Notes under the pieces: generated by a model
Databases searched by the model: none
Told to the model about the DNA's origin: nothing
What the model saw: only the letters and a program-made list of their open reading frames with translations
Program-made: the position numbers and the translations under genes
Shown: piece after piece, positions 55,514-64,000 of the stretch
Numbering within the stretch: position 1 is the stretch's first letter
Layout of the letters: every line of letters starts with the position of its first letter
Assembly: GCA_947259495.1 (NCBI GenBank)
Contig: CAMYLV010000014.1
Location: 13,761-77,760 of the forward strand
Direction: 5' to 3'
Source: an uncultured Desulfobacterales bacterium
Lineage (GTDB): Bacteria > Desulfobacterota > Desulfobacteria > Desulfobacterales > JAHEIW01
Length of the DNA stretch: 64,000 nucleotides

Positions 55514-55617
55514 GTTATACCGTTTTCCATAATAATGTTCCGGAAGACGGAAGGGCGGCATAAGGGGTTGTAGAAAGAAATGTTGGAATACCGGAACGTT
55601 TTTTTGACAACCCCTAT
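55514..55617 (-). repeat. R1 hairpin repeat, copy 3, followed by an internally deleted R1 (55619-55645, plus orientation)
   Basis: The reverse complement reads ataggggttgtcaaaaaaacgttccggtattccaacatttctttctacaaccccttatgccgcccttccgtcttccggaacattattatggaaaacggtataa. Confidence 0.8.
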
Positions 55618-55860
55618 CTAGTGGTTGTTAAAGAGCGGTGAAAATATAAAGCTTGTGGAGAAAACGGTTTAATGATACTAAGATTAAACTTAAGTTGTTT
55701 GAAAATGTCACTTTTGTACACTTTCTGGGATTAATCTTCGATTCAAGCTTAGACAAATTTTCAATTTATTATAATGTCTGATTTGGGCCTTCTTTGCCTT
55801 TTTGGAAGCCACCACCCAAGAAAATCGTACAGATACAGAAAGCTAAGGAGGATTTCGCCT

Positions 55861-56061
55861 ATGGCAGAAGGTCGTATCAAATGGTATAACGAAAAAAAAG
55901 GATATGGTTTTATCGAATCCGACGAAGAGGGTGATATCTTTGTACACAAATCCGGGATAGTAGACCACGGTTTTTTTACCTTGCGAGCCGATGACCCGGT
56001 GTCATTTGAAACAAAGCAGACCCAGAGAGGAAAACAGGCAGTCAACGTTAAGCGAATTTAA
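55861..56061 (+). CDS. cold-shock protein (CspA family)
   Basis: GRIKWYNEKKGYGFIESDEEGDIFVH (RNP1/RNP2). AAGGAGG lies upstream of the ATG at 55861. The leader is long. Confidence 0.9.
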   Translation: MAEGRIKWYNEKKGYGFIESDEEGDIFVHKSGIVDHGFFTLRADDPVSFETKQTQRGKQAVNVKRI

Positions 56062-56090
56062 TTGTCGCTGCCTATTTTATAAACAAAAAA

Positions 56091-56119
56091 GGCAGAGTCG
56101 GAAAGGGCTCTGCCTTTTT
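56091..56119 (+). terminator. rho-independent terminator (A-tract upstream, T-tract downstream; possibly bidirectional)
   Basis: The stem ggcagag / ctctgcc, followed by TTTTT. Confidence 0.8.
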
Positions 56120-56140
56120 ACTAGACCGGGATGGAGAATC

Positions 56141-56494
56141 ATGAAACAACGCTATTTTATTTCGCGCGACGAAAAGACAAGTGAGTTGACCATTCAGGAA
56201 TACGCAGTTGTTGCCGGCAACATAAAAAAGCTTGAAATCAGCACAATTGCCCGGGGCGATTTTACCCTGCTGTGCACTGAAACATACGAGGGTAAAACTA
56301 TCAAAAATGCGATCTCGGAAGGAAAGGAAGCCCTGGTAACCGCACTACGGACCGATAATCTCTACCCCATCAGCACCTATGCCGATGTGATTGCCGAATC
56401 CGTCATAGAAATATATGGCAAGAATAACAATTCGTCAAAAGAGCTGTTATTTGATGATCTGGATCTGTTTGAATCATTTCAAGACGCATCATAG
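56141..56494 (+). CDS. hypothetical protein (117 aa)
   Basis: ORF MKQRYFISRDEKTSELT... with GGATGGAGA upstream. No family was recognised. Confidence 0.45.
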   Translation: MKQRYFISRDEKTSELTIQEYAVVAGNIKKLEISTIARGDFTLLCTETYEGKTIKNAISEGKEALVTALRTDNLYPISTYADVIAESVIEIYGKNNNSSKELLFDDLDLFESFQDAS

Positions 56495-56599
56495 CATGGT
56501 CCCGTTACAGGCCTTTAAATTCAGAGGCTACCATTGACATTAAAAGACGGTTGCAAACCGGAGATGCGAGCAAAATTCAGGTAATCAAGAAGAAGATTC

Positions 56600-58075
56600 A
56601 TGAAAACACTGCTCCTATACCCGTCCTTTCCAGACACATTCTGGAGTTTTAAGCACGCCTTAAAGTTTATTCACAAAAAAGCAGCCTTTCCGCCGTTGGG
56701 TCTGCTGACGGTGGCGGCCATGCTGCCCGCTGACTGGCCGAAGCGGCTGATCGACCTCAATGTAACCCGTCTGACTGAAAAAGACATGGCATGGGCTGAC
56801 AGCGTTTTTATCAGCGCTATGGCCGTACAGCGGGAATCCGCTCGCGAGACTATTACGCGTTGCAAAAGCGCCGGTCTGCAGATCATCGCCGGCGGACCGC
56901 TTTTTACAGATGAACATGCGGCGTTTGAGGCGGTCGATCATTTTGTGTTGAACGAAGCCGAGCTGACGCTGCCGTCTTTTCTGCGCGATCTGGAACGCGA
57001 TTGCCCTCAGCGTTTGTATCAAACAACTGAATTTGCCGACCTGAGCCAAACCCCGCCGCCGTTATGGAGTCTGATCGACCTTAAACGCTACGCTGCAATG
57101 AGTATTCAGTTTTCCCGCGGCTGCCCGTTTAATTGTGACTTCTGCAATATCACGGCGTTGCTTGGGCGCCGGGTCCGCATTAAGACTGCCGCACAAATTA
57201 TGACCGAGCTGAACAACCTTTTCGGCCTGGGTTGGCGGGGGCAGATATTTTTTGTCGATGACAACTTTATCGGCAATAAAAAATATCTTCAAGTCGAACT
57301 TCTGCCCGCGCTGATTGAATGGCAGAAAGATAAAAAGTACATTCGTTTCAACACCGAAGCGTCGGTCAATCTGGCAGATGATCGGTCTTTAATGGAGATG
57401 ATGGTGGCGGCCGGGTTCGATTCGGTCTTTATCGGAATCGAGACCCCGGCCGAGGAGGGCCTTGCGGAATGCAATAAGAAGCAGAATAAAAACCGCGATC
57501 TGGTTGAAAGCGTAAAACGAATTCAGCGAACAGGCCTGCAGGTACAGGGCGGTTTTATCGTTGGTTTCGACAGCGACACACCCTCCATTTTTCAACGCCA
57601 AATTGACTTTATCCAGAAAAGCGGCATTGTAACCGCCATGGTCGGCTTGCTGAATGCCCCTCCCGGCACGCGGCTTTATAAGCGGTTGAAACAGGAGGGC
57701 CGCCTGGCCGGTCTGATCTCGTGCAATACCGACGGCACGACCAATATCATTCCGCGCATGGACCTCAAGGCATTGAGCGACGGGTATAAAAACATAATGG
57801 AACACATTTATTCGCCCAAAATATATTATGAACGGGTGCGGACCTTCCTGAAAGAGTACAAGGCCCCTAAAACGAATCTGCCGTTCAACATTCATGACCT
57901 CATGGCGTTTTTACGATCCTGCATCCGTCTGGGCATCTTTGGCAAGGAGCGTTTCCAGTACTGGAAGCTCTTATTGTGGACCATGCGCAAACGTCCTGAA
58001 CTGCTGCCATTGGCCATTACCTTTGCCATCTACGGCCATCATTTCCGAAAAGTTTGCGAAATGCACATCTTGTAA
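56600..58075 (+). CDS. B12-binding-domain radical SAM protein (DUF4070 C-terminus)
   Basis: PPLGLLTVAAML is the B12-binding-like N-terminus. FSRGCPFNCDFCNI is the CxxxCxxC cluster motif. Confidence 0.85.
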   Translation: MKTLLLYPSFPDTFWSFKHALKFIHKKAAFPPLGLLTVAAMLPADWPKRLIDLNVTRLTEKDMAWADSVFISAMAVQRESARETITRCKSAGLQIIAGGPLFTDEHAAFEAVDHFVLNEAELTLPSFLRDLERDCPQRLYQTTEFADLSQTPPPLWSLIDLKRYAAMSIQFSRGCPFNCDFCNITALLGRRVRIKTAAQIMTELNNLFGLGWRGQIFFVDDNFIGNKKYLQVELLPALIEWQKDKKYIRFNTEASVNLADDRSLMEMMVAAGFDSVFIGIETPAEEGLAECNKKQNKNRDLVESVKRIQRTGLQVQGGFIVGFDSDTPSIFQRQIDFIQKSGIVTAMVGLLNAPPGTRLYKRLKQEGRLAGLISCNTDGTTNIIPRMDLKALSDGYKNIMEHIYSPKIYYERVRTFLKEYKAPKTNLPFNIHDLMAFLRSCIRLGIFGKERFQYWKLLLWTMRKRPELLPLAITFAIYGHHFRKVCEMHIL

Positions 58076-58316
58076 ATTAACTGTAGTTCCTTTCAAAGTT
58101 CGGGCATTCACCAATTTTAGCTATGATACCATTTCCATTTTTTGATCTGCAAATAAGAGAAATTATCTGTAGCCAAGCACATTCTGATTGTCATAATAAA
58201 AAATTGGCGTAAAGGAGTATCGGAATACTGGAAATATATCTGTATTCCATGTGCATCAATTTTTAGACACTACTCCACGACTCCAAGACTCCATTACTCC
58301 AGGCACTGTTTGAATC

Positions 58317-58628
58317 ATGATTTTCATTGCCGGTGTTTCACCTAAAAAAAAGGTCTTGGATCAAAATCCGCGCCGATGTCCGGTGTGCGGGTTGAATCAG
58401 GCGACCTATCAGCGTGTGGACCAGTATCTGAGCCTGTTTTTTATTCCAATATTCAGGATCAAAAAGGGCGAACCGTTCATCGTGTGCGACCGCTGTGAGC
58501 AGACCGTCCACGGGCTCGGGCCGGATTTCAAACAGCAACAAAAGGAGGGGTCCAGGACGTGCAGGAGTTGCGGAAAAGCCCTCCATCGAGACTTTAAGTT
58601 TTGCCCACATTGCGGTAAGCGGATATAA
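58317..58628 (+). CDS. zinc-ribbon-domain protein
   Basis: CPVCG...CDRCE and CRSCG...CPHCG pairs. Confidence 0.6.
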   Translation: MIFIAGVSPKKKVLDQNPRRCPVCGLNQATYQRVDQYLSLFFIPIFRIKKGEPFIVCDRCEQTVHGLGPDFKQQQKEGSRTCRSCGKALHRDFKFCPHCGKRI

Positions 58629-58657
58629 AACCAATAGGTTTCAGGGTTTGTATATTA

Positions 58658-58813
58658 GGTTTCAGGTGTCAGGGTCTCAAAGGACAGCCTGCGACGAGCT
58701 CAGCCGAGTCGAGATCAGACGACAGAAGACAGAGGCCAAAAGCCGCAGGATGTTACACATTATCTGTATTCTGTTATCTGTCATCTGTTAACTGAAATCT
58801 GACACCTGAAACC
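58658..58813. repeat. long intergenic hairpin element
   Basis: A perfect 15-bp inverted repeat, ggtttcaggtgtcag / ctgacacctgaaacc, separated by 126 nt. The centre contains gacgagctc. Confidence 0.7.
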
Positions 58814-58845
58814 AGTATTTTACAGCCCATTTTGAAAGCATAAAA

Positions 58846-59361
58846 GTGACTCAAAACTTACCAAATGAAGGGAACGGCACCCTTGAGCGTCACGTTGTTC
58901 TGGTATCACCGGAGATCCACTGGAACACCGGCAACATCGGCCGCACCTGCGTGGCCACCGGATCCTATCTGCATCTGATCAAACCCCTGGGGTTTTCGCT
59001 GGACAGCAAGCACGTCAAGCGGGCGGGTTTGGACTATTGGCAACACGTCAAACTCCAGGTTTGGGACGATTTTGAGTGTCTGCATTCAACACTCGCTCCC
59101 CGGCCACAGGAGGTAGCCGTCTTTTCAAAAACCGGAGCGAAACCTTTCTGGACCATACCGCCGGCGTCGCGTTTATTTCTGGTATTTGGCTCCGAAACAT
59201 GGGGATTGCCAGAAAATATCCTGAGCAGGTATGCGGATGCAACTTATCACATTCCCATCACCCATGACATCAGATCACTAAACCTTTCCACGGCCGTTGG
59301 CATTGCCCTTTATGAAAGTCTGCGCCTGGCGCATTCTTTTCATGGCTGGAATATGAGCTGA
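58846..59361 (+). CDS. trmL: tRNA (cytidine/uridine-2'-O)-methyltransferase TrmL (SpoU family)
   Basis: VVLVSPEIHWNTGNIGRTC...LIKPLGF...KRAGLDYW...LVFGSETWGLP...SLNLSTAVGIALYE. The start is GTG. Confidence 0.85.
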   Translation: MTQNLPNEGNGTLERHVVLVSPEIHWNTGNIGRTCVATGSYLHLIKPLGFSLDSKHVKRAGLDYWQHVKLQVWDDFECLHSTLAPRPQEVAVFSKTGAKPFWTIPPASRLFLVFGSETWGLPENILSRYADATYHIPITHDIRSLNLSTAVGIALYESLRLAHSFHGWNMS

Positions 59362-59555
59362 ATGAACAATTTAAAGTGTTGGATATTTTAGCAATTCGAG
59401 TATAATAGGGTAAATGGCAACTCCAGCGCTGGCCGGGTTTTCCGGATTTAAGATTCATTACTTTTTATATATTGACATTTAAAGTAATGTGACTATTTTC
59501 TAATAAATTATGGGAAGCAGTACCCGACCTGCATTCAAAGGAGGATGGTAAACAA

Positions 59556-62144
<2,589 letters not shown>

Positions 62145-62166
62145 TTGCAGATATAAGTGGAACCCG

Positions 62167-62197
62167 CCCGGCTCTTTTGGAGCCGGGCTTTTCTTTT
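62167..62197 (+). terminator. rho-independent terminator of clpB
   Basis: The stem cccggctc / gagccggg, followed by cttttctttt. Confidence 0.8.
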
Positions 62198-62281
62198 GGG
62201 TGCTGATTTTTGAAAATCCTATTGTAATCTAAATTCACCCGTCGTAATATCCTTACGTTTATTATAGGATATCAATTTCTT

Positions 62282-63271
62282 ATGAGCCAATCTGGTCCCA
62301 AAAAATTACGCCGTTTTATCGATCAATTCTCCGGTGGCAATCAGGTGCTGATTGTGATTAATGCCGATCCGGATGCCATCGCCAGTGCAATGGCTGTTCG
62401 TCGCCTGCTGTGGCGCAAGGTGCCCAATGTCACGATTTCAAATATCAACATCATCAATCGGCCGGATAATCTGGCCATGATTCGGCTGCTGGGGGTGAAC
62501 CTGACTCCGTTCGCTGAGATTAAAGTGAATCAATTCAACCGGGTGGTCATCGTAGACTCCCAGCCGGATCATAATGAATTTATGACAAATCTCCAACCGA
62601 CTGCCATTATCGACCACCACCCGGATTCGGGGTGCAAAGCCCCGTTTGTGGATATCCGACCCCATTACGGCGCCACGGCTACCATTATGACCGAATATTT
62701 ACGTGCGGCCAAAATAAAGCCGTCAGTCAAGCTGGCGACCGGTTTGTATCACGGCATCAAAACCGACACCAATGATTTTAAGGGGCGAACGCAAATTGAG
62801 GATGTGCGCGCATTTCAGTATTTATTTCGATACGCCAATATCCATTTGGCCCGCAAAATCGAACAGGCTGACCTGCGATTTGATTATTTAAAATATTTCA
62901 CAATCGCTTTGCAAAACATGCGCCAGCGGAAAGGCAAAGTCTACGCCCATTTAGGCCAGGTAGTTAATCCGGATATTTGCGTGCTGATTGCCGATTTTTT
63001 TATGCGTGTAAATACCGTTACCTGGAGTATCGTGTCCGGTACCTGTGATAAAAAATTAACGATCATCTTCCGCAATGACGGCATTCGCAAAAACGCCGGC
63101 AAGGTCGCCAAAGAGGGGTTCGGAATGCTGGGCAATGCCGGTGGCCATAAAAACATGGCCAGAGCAGAAATTGCACTCCATGACCTGAAAGATCGCGTGG
63201 ATACGCGGGATGATAAAAAACTGCTGTCCTGGATTATTGGGAGGACGGCACGGAGAGCCGAGCCCAAGTAG
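62282..63271 (+). CDS. DHH/DHHA1-family phosphoesterase (NrnA-like)
   Basis: DPDAIAS, IIDHHP and GNAGGHKNMA motifs. Confidence 0.8.
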   Translation: MSQSGPKKLRRFIDQFSGGNQVLIVINADPDAIASAMAVRRLLWRKVPNVTISNINIINRPDNLAMIRLLGVNLTPFAEIKVNQFNRVVIVDSQPDHNEFMTNLQPTAIIDHHPDSGCKAPFVDIRPHYGATATIMTEYLRAAKIKPSVKLATGLYHGIKTDTNDFKGRTQIEDVRAFQYLFRYANIHLARKIEQADLRFDYLKYFTIALQNMRQRKGKVYAHLGQVVNPDICVLIADFFMRVNTVTWSIVSGTCDKKLTIIFRNDGIRKNAGKVAKEGFGMLGNAGGHKNMARAEIALHDLKDRVDTRDDKKLLSWIIGRTARRAEPK

Positions 63272-63319
63272 TTTCCATCCCTAATAGGCATGATTACAAT
63301 CATAACCGGTGGATAAAAC

Positions 63320-64000
63320 ATGATGAAAAATAATCCAGGCATAACTGTGACGATTTTAGGTTCGGGGACCTGCGTGCCGTCTTTGACGCGCAGTTCGTGT
63401 TCGGTTCTGATGCAGGTCGGGGCCTCAAAAATATTGTTTGATAGCGGACCGGGCACCATGCGGCGGCTCCTGGAAGCCCGGACCACCATTTTCGATTTAT
63501 CCCATGTTTTTTACAGCCATTTTCATCCCGACCACACGGGCGAATTTGTTCCGCTTATTTTTGCCACCAAATACCCGGACGGCAGTCGACGAAAAATTCC
63601 CCTGACAGTTGCCGGTGGCCGTGGTTTGCTGAATTTTTATGAGGGATTGAAAAACGTCTACGGCCACTGGATTGAACTGGCCCCCGGACTGCTGGAGATC
63701 ATCGAATTCGACAACAAAAATGCCGATGCGATTACATTTGAGGATTTTTCCGTATACACCGCTCCGGTAAAGCATAACGAAGAAAGCATTGCCTTCCGTA
63801 TTACCAGCTCTGATGGGTTTTCCGCGGTTTACACCGGGGACACAGACTACAGTGAAACCATCATCGATCTTGCAAAAGATACGGATTTGTTAATCTGTGA
63901 GTGTGCGCTTCCGGACAAATTGCGGGCACCCGGCCACCTGACGCCTTCGCTGGCAGGAGAATTGGCGACCAAAGCCGGCGTTGGCAATCTGGTCTTAACC
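63320..64000 (+). CDS. MBL-fold metallo-hydrolase (RNase Z/BN-like), 3' end off the window
   Basis: Not in the ORF track because there is no stop. My translation gives MMKNNPGITVTILGSGTCVPS...FYSHFHPDHTGEF...YTGDTDY.... Confidence 0.75.
   Translation, partial: MMKNNPGITVTILGSGTCVPSLTRSSCSVLMQVGASKILFDSGPGTMRRLLEARTTIFDLSHVFYSHFHPDHTGEFVPLIFATKYPDGSRRKIPLTVAGGRGLLNFYEGLKNVYGHWIELAPGLLEIIEFDNKNADAITFEDFSVYTAPVKHNEESIAFRITSSDGFSAVYTGDTDYSETIIDLAKDTDLLICECALPDKLRAPGHLTPSLAGELATKAGVGNLVLT

Noticed and set aside
59440-59555. A CIRCE/HrcA operator or sigma-32 promoter upstream of clpB.
   Set aside because: I found only a generic TTGACA-like hexamer near 59473. There is no TTAGCACTC-N9-GAGTGCTAA inverted repeat, so no specific heat-shock element can be claimed.

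Overview
This is a 64-kb chromosomal segment. Gene content suggests a sulfate-reducing deltaproteobacterium of Desulfobacterales type; that assignment is inference from gene content only. Coding density is high and many adjacent genes have overlapping stop and start codons.

Gene content, left to right:
- 1-8.3 kb, minus strand: an Mbh/Mrp-type multisubunit cation/proton antiporter operon. It has three NuoL/M/N-like subunits and an embedded cNMP-binding-like protein.
- 9-23 kb: housekeeping and accessory genes. These include a hemerythrin/DUF438/PAS sensor, glyA, a frameshifted MMPL/RND exporter with an MlaC-like partner, a TetR-controlled 4Fe-4S/SCP2 protein, a DmeF-type CDF, wrbA and a pirin.
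- 23.3-28.2 kb: a rhodanese / MauE / ArsR-rhodanese / DsbD-like / thioredoxin-fold / methyltransferase cluster.
- 32-35 kb: rsfS-nadD-obg-rpmA-rplU.
- 35.4-37.1 kb: an ArsR plus SO_0444-type permease pair.
- 37.4-39.3 kb: PiT plus a DUF47 (PhoU-like) protein.
- 39.5-40.5 kb: an IS200-like Y1 (RAYT-like) transposase flanked by perfect 30-bp inverted repeats.
- 40.6-46.4 kb: dsrMKJOP preceded by an RsbRD_N-domain gene.
- 47.2-55.3 kb: a signalling locus with STAS, REC-adenylate cyclase, a giant hybrid kinase, REC-PP2C and a second STAS.
- 55.8-64 kb: csp, a B12-radical SAM protein, trmL, clpB, a DHH phosphoesterase and an MBL-fold hydrolase.

The most notable result is four genes that are split by in-frame TGA codons in the ORF track, five TGAs in total. 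Each of the four TGAs that can be aligned falls on a conserved redox Cys position of its family; the small thioredoxin-fold case rests on a weaker alignment. Each is followed by a small hairpin at a spacing compatible with a bacterial SECIS. One of these genes carries a UxGxxU pair on both Cys of a rhodanese active-site loop, in a protein fused to DsbD and thioredoxin. I read these as selenoproteins that a standard ORF caller misses.

The window also holds at least five families of dispersed structured repeats. No rRNA, tRNA or CRISPR array was seen.
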